Shown: in pieces, positions 9,739-18,456 of the stretch
Numbering within the stretch: the first letter of the stretch is position 1
How the letters are laid out: each line of letters starts with the position of its first letter
NCBI GenBank assembly: GCA_044376225.1
Contig: JBILLF010000004.1
Location: forward strand, 1,694-65,693
Direction: 5' to 3'
Length of the DNA: 64,000 bases
Source: Patescibacteria group bacterium
GTDB lineage: Bacteria; Bacteroidota; Ignavibacteria; Kapaibacteriales; Kapaibacteriaceae
Translations under genes and position numbers: made by a program
The notes under the pieces: model-generated
What the model saw: the letters and a program-made list of their open reading frames with translations, nothing else
The model's database searches: none
What the model was told of the DNA's origin: nothing

Positions 9739-10920
9739 ATGTCACGTTCGATCGAGGTTTTGCTGTTCGCGTTGTCTCTGACGACTGCCTGTGCGCAAGA
9801 TGCACAGGTGTGGTTCGGTGGACCGTTCCGCGTTGGAACAACGCCCATCGATAAGCTACCGGAGGTCTCCGGTCTGGTCGCCTCCGTGCAGAGCCCTGGT
9901 CTGCTGTGGATGCACAATGACTCCGGCGATGAACCGCGGATCTACGGAGTATCACCGCAAGGTAGGATCATTGCTGAAGTTCTGCTGCAGGGAGCAACAC
10001 ATATTGATTGGGAAGACATTGCCCGCGGGCCAGGTCCTGTGCAGGGGGCGTCGTATCTCTACATCGCCGATATCGGCGACAACTCTGCGCGGCGAAGCGC
10101 GATAACGATTTATCGCATTCGCGAGCCCCAAATCGACACGTCCATTCGCGCCGCTCGCTTGACGATCGCCGCCGATTCTGTGGAGAGCTTCACGCTGCGC
10201 TACCCTGACGGTGCACGAGACGCCGAGGCAATGATCGTCGATCCGCGATCTGGTGAGATCGTCATTGTAACCAAGCGTGAGCAGCGCTGTCGGGTCTATA
10301 CGATTGCAACGCTACCCGTCTCTACTGCTACCGCTACGCTAGAGTATGTACGTGACATTCCCCTACAGCTGGTGACAGGGGGCGATGTTTCCTCGGACGG
10401 TTCCGCTATTGTGCTGAAGACGTACATGCATGTGCGCCTGTGGAAGCGCCGGCCTGGTGCAGGACTTGCCGAATCGATAACGGGCGCAGGTTCGCCCCTT
10501 CCCTACATGCCCGAGCGTCAGGGTGAGGCTATCGGTTTCACGTCATCTGCTGACGGATACTACACCACGTCCGAATGCGAAAACGGCGGTCCTGCCTCGG
10601 CCATCATGTTCTACCCTTCAGCAAACGACGAGACACAAGCCCGGCAACTTCGGGACGTTCGACTGCCATCGATCGCTGTGAGCCGAATAGTTCCCTCTGG
10701 AACGAAGTACCGGGTGCGCTACAGTATGCCGGAAGTTGAGCGCGTATCGCTCACCGTGCATAATGCCGCCATGTTCCGGGTGATGACGCTGGCCGAGGAT
10801 TCAGCCGAGTCCGGTCCGCAGGAACGTGACTTTGATGCAGCCAAGCTCCCGCCGGGCAGTTACGCCGTCGTGCTGGAATCCCCATCGGCCCGAGTGTCAG
10901 CTCTTTTGGAGATACGATGA
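9739..10920 (+). CDS. Secreted beta-propeller-like protein with T9SS C-terminal sorting domain
   Basis: Signal peptide MSRSIEVLLFALSLTTACAQ. The EVSGLV...WMHNDSGD...WEDIA...YIADIGDN pattern resembles SdiA-regulated/YjiK-like propellers. The last ~80 aa (VSLTVHNAAMFRVMTL...LPPGSYAVVLES...LLEIR) look like a T9SS CTD. Confidence 0.6.
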   Translation: MSRSIEVLLFALSLTTACAQDAQVWFGGPFRVGTTPIDKLPEVSGLVASVQSPGLLWMHNDSGDEPRIYGVSPQGRIIAEVLLQGATHIDWEDIARGPGPVQGASYLYIADIGDNSARRSAITIYRIREPQIDTSIRAARLTIAADSVESFTLRYPDGARDAEAMIVDPRSGEIVIVTKREQRCRVYTIATLPVSTATATLEYVRDIPLQLVTGGDVSSDGSAIVLKTYMHVRLWKRRPGAGLAESITGAGSPLPYMPERQGEAIGFTSSADGYYTTSECENGGPASAIMFYPSANDETQARQLRDVRLPSIAVSRIVPSGTKYRVRYSMPEVERVSLTVHNAAMFRVMTLAEDSAESGPQERDFDAAKLPPGSYAVVLESPSARVSALLEIR

Positions 10921-12209
10921 AACGACGAATTGTTTGCAATGCGCAGCTCCTCGTGCTGCTCATTACGTTGATGTGGCCAATTCATGCATTCAGCGACGAC
11001 GCGAATGTTACACGCCGGCTCAGCGACGTTTGTAGTATTCTTTCCGGTGGACCCATCCTCTACGAATCTGTATTCACCGCGGAGTTCCTCCGTCAAGTGC
11101 CGCCGCCACAGCTCACCATGCTCACGCAGCAGCTGACGCGCGAGACTGGCCCTTGTGTGAGCATGCGCATCGTTGAACAACGCTCGGCATACCAGGTATC
11201 AGCGGAAGCAGTCATGAAAAACGGGTACACCATCCCTGTGCTTCTGACGATTGAAACCCAAGCCCCGAATCTGATTGCAGGGCTGTTTCTGCGTCCTGCG
11301 GTGAAGGCCGTTGCCTCACTCGAGTCTCTGCAGACAGAGTTCTCCACTCTTGGGGGGCAGGTCTCCTTTATGGCCATGAATGTTGGCGGTGGCTCGATCG
11401 CTAGTGCGATCAATACCTCCGAGCGCCTTCCCGTAGGGTCAACTTTCAAGCTGTATGTCCTTGGTGAGATTGTTCGAGCTGTCCGGCAGAAGGAACGCAA
11501 GTGGACTGACATTGTCAGATTGGATTCTGCGTGGCGCTCGCTGCCGTCGGGTCGTCTTCACACATGGCCTCATGGGTCGCCGATGACACTATACAGCCTT
11601 GCTGCGATGATGATTTCCGAGAGTGACAATACGGCAACTGATGCTCTCATCCGCCTGCTCGGGCCAGCACGGATCGCCTCGCAAATGTCCGCGATGGGTA
11701 ACGATCGACCCGACATCAATGTCCCATTTCTAACAACGCTTCAGGCCTTCAAGCTCAAGTATGCAGATGCCGGCCTTGGTCGGCAGTATGCCAGCGCCGG
11801 ACATGACGAACGTGTTCAGATTCTTAGCCGGATCGACTCCGCCATCACCCGCGACTCGATCATGCCGACTTCTACCCCCGCCCTTGCTGACTCCATCGAA
11901 TGGTTCGCCACAGTGGCCGAGCTTTGTCGCGCCATGGACTGGCTGCGCCGTGAAGCCATCATGCAGAATGACATGACGGCGCTGGACATACTGGGAATCA
12001 ACCCCGGTGTGGCCGTTGGTACGTCCTGGAAACGCGTCTGCTACAAAGGGGGCTCAGAACCCGGCGTGATCAACATGACGTTCATGCTCGAACATCAGGA
12101 CGGCACATGGTACGCCGTTTGCGGTAGCTGGTTCAAATCTGGGGGTGGCATCGACGAAGCGCGCTTCGCCGGACTTATGGAACGGGCAATCCAGCTGCTG
12201 CAGAAGTAA
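10917..12209 (+). CDS. Serine hydrolase, class A beta-lactamase-related
   Basis: 430 aa with a signal peptide. It has the S-x-x-K motif (GSTFKLYVLGE), the SDN motif (SESDNTATD) and a KGG triad (YKGGSEPG). Its ATGA overlaps the upstream stop. Confidence 0.75.
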   Translation: MKRRIVCNAQLLVLLITLMWPIHAFSDDANVTRRLSDVCSILSGGPILYESVFTAEFLRQVPPPQLTMLTQQLTRETGPCVSMRIVEQRSAYQVSAEAVMKNGYTIPVLLTIETQAPNLIAGLFLRPAVKAVASLESLQTEFSTLGGQVSFMAMNVGGGSIASAINTSERLPVGSTFKLYVLGEIVRAVRQKERKWTDIVRLDSAWRSLPSGRLHTWPHGSPMTLYSLAAMMISESDNTATDALIRLLGPARIASQMSAMGNDRPDINVPFLTTLQAFKLKYADAGLGRQYASAGHDERVQILSRIDSAITRDSIMPTSTPALADSIEWFATVAELCRAMDWLRREAIMQNDMTALDILGINPGVAVGTSWKRVCYKGGSEPGVINMTFMLEHQDGTWYAVCGSWFKSGGGIDEARFAGLMERAIQLLQK

Positions 12210-12285
12210 GGATGCTGAAGCAGTACGCTGCGCGCAAAAATCCCCTGACCCAAAACCTAAAATCTATTCTCGGTAACTTCGCCCC

Positions 12286-12861
12286 ATGCTTTGCCTCGAA
12301 TGCGAGTCGAATCCCGAATGGATCGGTGTAGCAAATGAACACCTGATCGACATTTTGATCGACCATGCCCATTGTGAAAAGAAGGCCGCTGCTTTTGCGT
12401 TGGCCATGATCAACCGCTACCCAGAGCGCACGCGGCTGGTGAAGGATATGATCGACCTTGCCAAGGAGGAGTTGGATCACTTTGAGCTCGTCGTCAAAGA
12501 GCTTGAATCAAGGGGTGTGGCATTGACGCATGACGCGGGTAACCGGTACGCTCAGATGCTCCATGAGAACATCCGTAAGTCTGAGCCGCATCGCCTGCTG
12601 GACTCGTTGATCGTGGGAGCCTTTATCGAGGCGCGCTCCTGTGAGCGCTTTTCATTGTTGTCCGAGCATGCTACCACAGAGGATATGCGTACGCTCTATA
12701 AAGGGCTTCTGGCCAGTGAGGCCGGACATTACCGCGCCTACACTGACATCGCTCGTGAGTACTTCCCTGTTGACGAGGTTCGGCAGCGCCTGAAAGAGTT
12801 CGGTCAGATCGAAGCCGCAATCATCCGTTCGATGACCAACCAACCCACGATGCACGGCTGA
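12286..12861 (+). CDS. miaE: tRNA-(ms2io6A)-hydroxylase MiaE (diiron)
   Basis: 191 aa. HAHCEKKAAAFALAMI, KEELDHF and FIEARSCERF match the MiaE family as I recall it from Salmonella MiaE (ELKAAQTA..., KEELHHF, YIEARSCERF). Confidence 0.8.
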   Translation: MLCLECESNPEWIGVANEHLIDILIDHAHCEKKAAAFALAMINRYPERTRLVKDMIDLAKEELDHFELVVKELESRGVALTHDAGNRYAQMLHENIRKSEPHRLLDSLIVGAFIEARSCERFSLLSEHATTEDMRTLYKGLLASEAGHYRAYTDIAREYFPVDEVRQRLKEFGQIEAAIIRSMTNQPTMHG

Positions 12862-13802
12862 TGGCATCGATCATCTTCATGGGTACGCCAGAGTTTGCCG
12901 TGCCGGCCCTCGAGGCCCTGCATCGCCGATATGGTGTTTCAAGTGTGGTAACCGTGCCCGACCGTCAGAAAGGTAGGGGGCTTCATACGCAGCCGAGTGC
13001 CGTTAAGGCAGCGGCAATAGAACTTGGCATCACCGATATTCTGCAGCCATCATCATTGCGGGACGAATCATTCATTGAAGAGATCCGCCGGCGTGCGCCA
13101 GACGTCATCTGTGTGATCGCCTTTCGAATTCTGCCTCGTTCGGTGTATTCGATGGCTCAGAAGGGTACATTTAACGTGCATGCCTCGCTTCTTCCAAAGT
13201 ATCGTGGCGCTGCGCCTATCAACCACGCGATCCTCAACGGAGAGCATGTAACCGGAGTGACTTCGTTCCTGCTCAATGATGTTGTCGATACGGGAACGGT
13301 GATCGAGCAGCGTAGAGCACCCATCTCTGATGACATGACCGCAGGAGAGCTCTACGAAGCGCTCATGCCACTGGCCGCCGACTGTGCCGTCTCGACGGTT
13401 GATATGCTCCTGTCTGGGAATTGCTCGCCCCTTGCCCAAAATGATGCCGAGGCAACGCCAGCACCGAAGATCTATCGTGAAACGGCTGTGATCGACTGGA
13501 CCCATTCGCGTGAGCATGTGAGAAACATTATCCGGGCCTATTCTCCAGCGCCAAGCGCCTGGACAGTTTGGAACGGACAGGTGCTCAAGATCTACCGGGC
13601 CTCGCGAAGCAATGAGATCGTTCGTCCCGGTGAGTGGAGTATCATCGGGCAGAGTCTCATTGCCGGATGTGCAGACGGGTCGCTATCACTTGATGAAGTG
13701 CAGCTGCCGGGCAAACGTCGCATGCCGATTGCGGATATTGTCCGCGGTTACCGAGGTTTGTCCAACGGTTCGTTTTCACTATTGCCATCGGAGCATCCCT
13801 GA
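12861..13802 (+). CDS. fmt: Methionyl-tRNA formyltransferase
   Basis: 313 aa. MASIIFMGTPEFAVPAL and HASLLPKYRGAAPINHAI motifs. TGATG overlap with the miaE stop. Confidence 0.95.
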   Translation: MASIIFMGTPEFAVPALEALHRRYGVSSVVTVPDRQKGRGLHTQPSAVKAAAIELGITDILQPSSLRDESFIEEIRRRAPDVICVIAFRILPRSVYSMAQKGTFNVHASLLPKYRGAAPINHAILNGEHVTGVTSFLLNDVVDTGTVIEQRRAPISDDMTAGELYEALMPLAADCAVSTVDMLLSGNCSPLAQNDAEATPAPKIYRETAVIDWTHSREHVRNIIRAYSPAPSAWTVWNGQVLKIYRASRSNEIVRPGEWSIIGQSLIAGCADGSLSLDEVQLPGKRRMPIADIVRGYRGLSNGSFSLLPSEHP

Positions 13803-14578
13803 TGATCCCGTTCAACGAGTTCGTTGAAGAAAATTCCTTCGTTGTCTGCGCCCATCGTGGAGCCTCTGGCATTGCACCGGAGAACACGATGGCGGCTGTC
13901 GTTATGGCTCTCGAGTGCGGTGCCCCCATGGTGGAGATCGATGTACAGTACACCAAAGACCGGCAGATGGTGGTGTTTCATGATGACACGCTCGAGCGCA
14001 CTACCGATGGCTCTGGGTTCATTGCCGAACGCTCGCTTGATGAGATTCGAGAGCTTGATGCCGGATCGTGGTTCAGCCCCAGCTTCGCCGGTCAGCGCAT
14101 CCCAAGGCTCATTGATGTTCTTGAGGAACTTCGGGGCCGAGCCTACGTCAACATCGAGATAAAGCCACGTCCGGCTTCCGAGCAGACGGCCCGAGAGATG
14201 GCAGAGCTGCTCGAACTTGTCCATTCGCTCGACATGCAGACCCGTTGTGTGTTTTCATCTTTCGATCATGCTGCTCTCGTCTATGTGCGCTCCATCGCTA
14301 AGGATGCACGAACGATAGCGCTCAACGTACCCGGAGACGATCGCTCGCCGGCACGCGTGGTGAAGTCCTGTGGCGCCGATGGCTTCGGGTGCTCCCTCGA
14401 GGAGGTCAATCGAGAACGTGCCGATATCTGTCATCACTTCCGTATTCCCTACGGCGTTTACACAGTGAACACACCCCAGGAACTGGAGTTCGTACTTGAC
14501 CACGGGGCTAGCGGGATTGTCACCAATATGCCCCATGTGATCATCCCGCATTATCGGATGATCGCCTCAACTTCCTGA
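13802..14578 (+). CDS. Glycerophosphodiester phosphodiesterase family protein
   Basis: 258 aa. CAHRGASGIAPENT and VEIDVQYTKDRQMVVFHDDTLERTT (GDPD motifs). TGATG overlap with fmt. Confidence 0.9.
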   Translation: MIPFNEFVEENSFVVCAHRGASGIAPENTMAAVVMALECGAPMVEIDVQYTKDRQMVVFHDDTLERTTDGSGFIAERSLDEIRELDAGSWFSPSFAGQRIPRLIDVLEELRGRAYVNIEIKPRPASEQTAREMAELLELVHSLDMQTRCVFSSFDHAALVYVRSIAKDARTIALNVPGDDRSPARVVKSCGADGFGCSLEEVNRERADICHHFRIPYGVYTVNTPQELEFVLDHGASGIVTNMPHVIIPHYRMIASTS

Positions 14579-14584
14579 GTAACG

Positions 14585-14869
14585 ATGTTTACCTCGCCCG
14601 ACCCTGTAACGATCCTCGGCCTCGTGGCCGGCTGCTGTTCTACGTTCGCACTTGCTCCACAGGCCCTTCGCGTATGGCGCACCCAGCAGGTAGAGCAGCT
14701 TAGCGTCGGCATGTTATGGTTGATGATCACTGGCTGCCTACTCTGGCTTTGCTACGGTCTTATCCGGACGGATATCAGTATCGTCTGGGCAAACGGTGTT
14801 GCCTTTGTGTTCATCACATATATGCTCGGCAAGAAGCTTCAGGACATTCGAGCAACGGGACGCCGATGA
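14585..14869 (+). CDS. SemiSWEET / PQ-loop family transporter
   Basis: 94 aa with three predicted TM helices. It has a PQ motif (LAPQALRVWRTQ) in the first loop, typical of bacterial SemiSWEETs. Confidence 0.75.
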   Translation: MFTSPDPVTILGLVAGCCSTFALAPQALRVWRTQQVEQLSVGMLWLMITGCLLWLCYGLIRTDISIVWANGVAFVFITYMLGKKLQDIRATGRR

Positions 14870-15333
14870 GCAAAGACGAGCTGCCACCGCTGATCTTTCC
14901 GTCGTTTGATATGAAGGTCTCTCACGATGGCTCGGCAGCCCGCATCTTCGATCCTGTCCGCCGTTCATGGATCGCCCTTACACCCGAAGAGTGGGTTCGC
15001 CAGCATTGCCTGAACTGGCTTCTGCAACGGGGCTATCCGCTCGGACGCTGCAGCGTGGAGCGTCGCGTTGACGGCAAGGCACATTCTACGGCGCAGCGCT
15101 TTGACCTGCTCTGGCGCGATGGCCGCCTTGAACCGTTTTTGCTGATCGAATGCAAGGCGGCGTCGATCTCGATCAACGATGACACTCTGCGTCAGACGTC
15201 ATGGTATAACTTGACGCTCAAAGCCCCCTACATTCTCCTTACAAATGGGCTCATGGCCTTCTGCGCCCATGTCGATGATAGTGGTGTGCTTACTCCCCAA
15301 TCAGATGTACCCGATTACTCACTAGCCCGCTGA
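14866..15333 (+). CDS. HsdR-N-terminal-like (PD-(D/E)xK fold) domain protein
   Basis: The ATG at 14866 overlaps the SemiSWEET stop (ATGA). At 155 aa, it shows an RFDLLW...LLIECKA pattern typical of small type I restriction enzyme HsdR N-terminal domain proteins common in the FCB group. Confidence 0.6.
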   Translation: MSKDELPPLIFPSFDMKVSHDGSAARIFDPVRRSWIALTPEEWVRQHCLNWLLQRGYPLGRCSVERRVDGKAHSTAQRFDLLWRDGRLEPFLLIECKAASISINDDTLRQTSWYNLTLKAPYILLTNGLMAFCAHVDDSGVLTPQSDVPDYSLAR

Positions 15334-15336
15334 CGT

Positions 15337-16338
15337 ATGGAAATCACGCTTCATTCGCCCCTTGACATGCACCTGCACGTGCGCCAGGACACGATGCTCG
15401 ACCTTGTTGCTCCGCTAACGGCGCAGCACTTTGCCGGTGCTGTGATCATGCCAAACCTGCTGCCTCCTGTGGACACCGTCGAGCGCCTGCATTGGTACAC
15501 ATCGGAGGTGCGCCGGGCCACGAGCGGCTATGCGTTCGAGCCCTTTATGACGTTGTTCTTCCGCGACTACACGCGTGAAGAGCTCCTGGCGGCCCGCGAC
15601 CACATCATTGGCATCAAGCTCTATCCGGCCGGTGCCACCACGAACAGCGATGCAGGTGTGCGCGAGGTGCTGGCTATGGATCACGTCTTTGCGATGATGG
15701 AGGAACTGAGCATCCCACTGCTGGTGCATGGTGAGACCCACGGCTTTGTGATGGATCGAGAGGCCGAGTTCTGCGAGGTCTATCGCGAGCTTGCCACACG
15801 GTATCCAAAGCTGCAGATCACGATGGAGCATATCACCACGGAGAAGGCCGTTGGCCTTCTGGACGAGTTTGAGAACCTCAAGGCTACCGTCACACCGCAT
15901 CACCTGATTATTACGCTCGACGATGTGGCAGGGGGCCTGCTGAATCCACATCTGTTCTGCAAGCCGATCGCCAAACGTCCGGAAGACCGACAGGCCCTGT
16001 TGCAGGCGGCCTTGCGTGCACATCCGAAACTGATGCTCGGCAGTGACAGTGCGCCGCATCCACGACACAAAAAGGAAGCCCCCGGCTGTGCTGCAGGAGT
16101 GTTCACAGCTCCAATCATCCTGCCTATGCTTGCCGAGCTGTTCGTCCGCCATGGTGCTGAAAGCAACCTGCAGGCATTTGTCAGCGACAACGCCCAGCGG
16201 CTCTACAACGTCAATCCGCCACGCACCACCGTGCGCTTGGTCGATGAACCGATGGACATTCCGTCCTCCTACGGCGAGGTCATTCCGATGTGGGCTGGTG
16301 GGACTCTTTCCTGGAGCGTAGCAGAGGTAACGTCATGA
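15337..16338 (+). CDS. pyrC: Dihydroorotase (class II, homodimeric type)
   Basis: 333 aa, collinear with E. coli PyrC as I recall it: [56 protein letters not shown]. Confidence 0.93.
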   Translation: MEITLHSPLDMHLHVRQDTMLDLVAPLTAQHFAGAVIMPNLLPPVDTVERLHWYTSEVRRATSGYAFEPFMTLFFRDYTREELLAARDHIIGIKLYPAGATTNSDAGVREVLAMDHVFAMMEELSIPLLVHGETHGFVMDREAEFCEVYRELATRYPKLQITMEHITTEKAVGLLDEFENLKATVTPHHLIITLDDVAGGLLNPHLFCKPIAKRPEDRQALLQAALRAHPKLMLGSDSAPHPRHKKEAPGCAAGVFTAPIILPMLAELFVRHGAESNLQAFVSDNAQRLYNVNPPRTTVRLVDEPMDIPSSYGEVIPMWAGGTLSWSVAEVTS

Positions 16339-17138
16339 GCTTGCGGTTGATCCGTTTCGTCGGTGCTGTACTCGTTCTGCTCGGCACACAGCAGGCAGGT
16401 CTGTCACAATCGACCTTTGATACGTGCGGTGCCGAAGGCAGTGCCGTGCGCTCAGATGTCCGTGCCCTAAACAGGAAGAAGAACCGCGAGGGTTTTCCGA
16501 CGAATGCCCAGATCAACAGTTCGATCAACTTTGCCACGCTCTTGGCAGCAGGAGAAAATCCGCGAACCTTCAGCGAAGGCGATGCCGCTGAGATCATCGC
16601 CTATTGTGCCGACGTGAAGATCGGGTCGGTGGAAAGCGTCAATTGCAAAGCCAAAGATCCCTGGCATCGTGATACGCATATCGAGCTGACGCTTGACCCG
16701 AATGACTCGCAGAACCCGACCAAGATCCTCGTCGTCGAGGTCACTCCCCGCTTCAGACAGGCGATGAAGGACCGGGGAATCGACTGGTCGCAGCAAGCGT
16801 TGCGCGATCGGTTTCTCGGACGCTGGGTCAAGGTACGGGGCTGGGTCTTCTACGACGCCGTGCACGCCGACGAGTCGGCCGGCTCGGGCAATGAGAAGAT
16901 TTGGCGCGGCTCCCCTTGGGAGATTCACCCTGTGACAGACATCAGCGTCACCACACGTCCAGCTAATCTGCCCGTATCGGCACCCGTGGAAGATTCCCCG
17001 CGGAAGGAGAGCAGGACAAAGACGTCCGCCCCATCGGGCAGTTCTTCGACCCAGTGCCAGGGGATCACCGCCAAGGGAACGCGGTGCCAACGCATGACCA
17101 AGGATCCCAGCGGCTTCTGCTACCAGCATCAACGATAG
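16335..17138 (+). CDS. Hypothetical secreted protein with C-terminal Cys3-His zinc-ribbon-like tail
   Basis: The ATG at 16335 overlaps the pyrC stop (ATGA). Signal peptide [25 protein letters not shown]. The ~190-aa globular part was not recognised. A Pro/Ser-rich linker then leads to [27 protein letters not shown] at the extreme C-terminus. Confidence 0.6.
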   Translation: MSLRLIRFVGAVLVLLGTQQAGLSQSTFDTCGAEGSAVRSDVRALNRKKNREGFPTNAQINSSINFATLLAAGENPRTFSEGDAAEIIAYCADVKIGSVESVNCKAKDPWHRDTHIELTLDPNDSQNPTKILVVEVTPRFRQAMKDRGIDWSQQALRDRFLGRWVKVRGWVFYDAVHADESAGSGNEKIWRGSPWEIHPVTDISVTTRPANLPVSAPVEDSPRKESRTKTSAPSGSSSTQCQGITAKGTRCQRMTKDPSGFCYQHQR

Positions 17139-17160
17139 ATTCGGGCGTATCTTCGCCCCC

Positions 17161-18456
17161 ATGAACCGCACACGTCCACACTCGGTATGGACGCCCCCTA
17201 ACGACACAGTCTTGCCGAACGGTATCCGCGTGATCTGCGACCCGGTATCACACGTTGATTCCGCATCCATCGGCGTGTGGATCCGTGCCGGTACGCGTGA
17301 CGAGCCCCGTGGACTGCGAGGCGTGGCGCACTTTGTCGAGCACACCTCGTTCCGCCGCACACGCCATCGCACCGCCACTCGGATCTCCAAAGACTTCGAA
17401 AACCTGGGAGCGTATGCCAATGCGTATACCACCAAGGAAGAAACCTGCTACTATGTTCGCACATTGAGCGAGCACATTGATGATGTGCTTGAGACGCTAC
17501 TTGATGTGGTCCTCTGGCCCGTGTTCACTGAGTCAGACATCGAAAAAGAGCGCTCGATCATCACTGAAGAGATCCGCTCGTACGAGGATGAGCTTGAAGA
17601 GCACATCTTCGATATCGGTGAGATTCAGATGTTCCCCCGTCATGCACTTGGCTCGCCGATCGTCGGAACGGTCGAAGACGTTCAGCGCATTACATCACAG
17701 CACGTCAGTGACTTTCACGCTCGGCACTATCATGCCGGATCGATCGTAGTGGCCGTAAGCGGACGATGTGATCCGGAGAAGATTCTAAAGATTGTCGATC
17801 GCCTGACCAGTCACGCACCAAAGCGCCGTGCCTTGACGCGCCGGACAACGCCGACATTGCGCGAGGCATCAAACATCACGCTGACGCGCCCAACACAGCA
17901 GGCTCACCTTCTCTGGCAAACACCCACTGTGGGATGCCGACATGATGACCGCCATGCCCTGCAGGTCCTGAACGTCGTCCTCGGTGACGGCATGTCGTCA
18001 CGTTTGAACGTACGCCTTCGCGAGTCCCGCGGCCTGACGTATTCGGTGTATTCTCAGGTGCAGCTCTTTGCCGACTGTGGTCTTATGGCCATCTATGCTG
18101 GCGTGGATGAGCAGAATCTTGCAAAGGCCGAAGGGGGTGTGCGGCGGGTACTGGCAGAAGTTGCCAGTGGCGGCATTACTGCCGCCGAGCACAAGCGCGC
18201 TCTGGCGCAGTTGCGTGCCGGAAAGCTCATGTCACTTGAGTCACTCACGGCACGTATGACCCTACTCGGAAAGGGCGTGATGGAAACCGGTGAGCCCGAG
18301 AACCCGACAGAGACCATCGAATCACTCCTGTCCGTAACACGGCAGGATGTTGCCCGTGTGGCGGCGCAGGTCTGCGAACCGACGCAGTGGAGCACCTGCA
18401 CTATACGTCCGTCTTCGGATCAGCCCGAACGAAGCGAGCCGGAGCGTATCGACTGA
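17161..18456 (+). CDS. M16 family (pitrilysin-like) zinc peptidase
   Basis: 431 aa with the inverted zinc motif HFVEHTSF (HxxEH) and a downstream Glu-rich region. Confidence 0.88.
   Translation: MNRTRPHSVWTPPNDTVLPNGIRVICDPVSHVDSASIGVWIRAGTRDEPRGLRGVAHFVEHTSFRRTRHRTATRISKDFENLGAYANAYTTKEETCYYVRTLSEHIDDVLETLLDVVLWPVFTESDIEKERSIITEEIRSYEDELEEHIFDIGEIQMFPRHALGSPIVGTVEDVQRITSQHVSDFHARHYHAGSIVVAVSGRCDPEKILKIVDRLTSHAPKRRALTRRTTPTLREASNITLTRPTQQAHLLWQTPTVGCRHDDRHALQVLNVVLGDGMSSRLNVRLRESRGLTYSVYSQVQLFADCGLMAIYAGVDEQNLAKAEGGVRRVLAEVASGGITAAEHKRALAQLRAGKLMSLESLTARMTLLGKGVMETGEPENPTETIESLLSVTRQDVARVAAQVCEPTQWSTCTIRPSSDQPERSEPERID

Noticed and set aside
15415-16152. A 245-aa ORF on the - strand
   Set aside because: It is antisense to pyrC, which is collinear with E. 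coli dihydroorotase.
16467-17435. A 322-aa ORF on the - strand
   Set aside because: It is antisense to the secreted-protein gene and the start of the M16 peptidase. It has no motifs and an Arg/Pro/Gly-rich composition. The sense genes have signal-peptide or HxxEH evidence.
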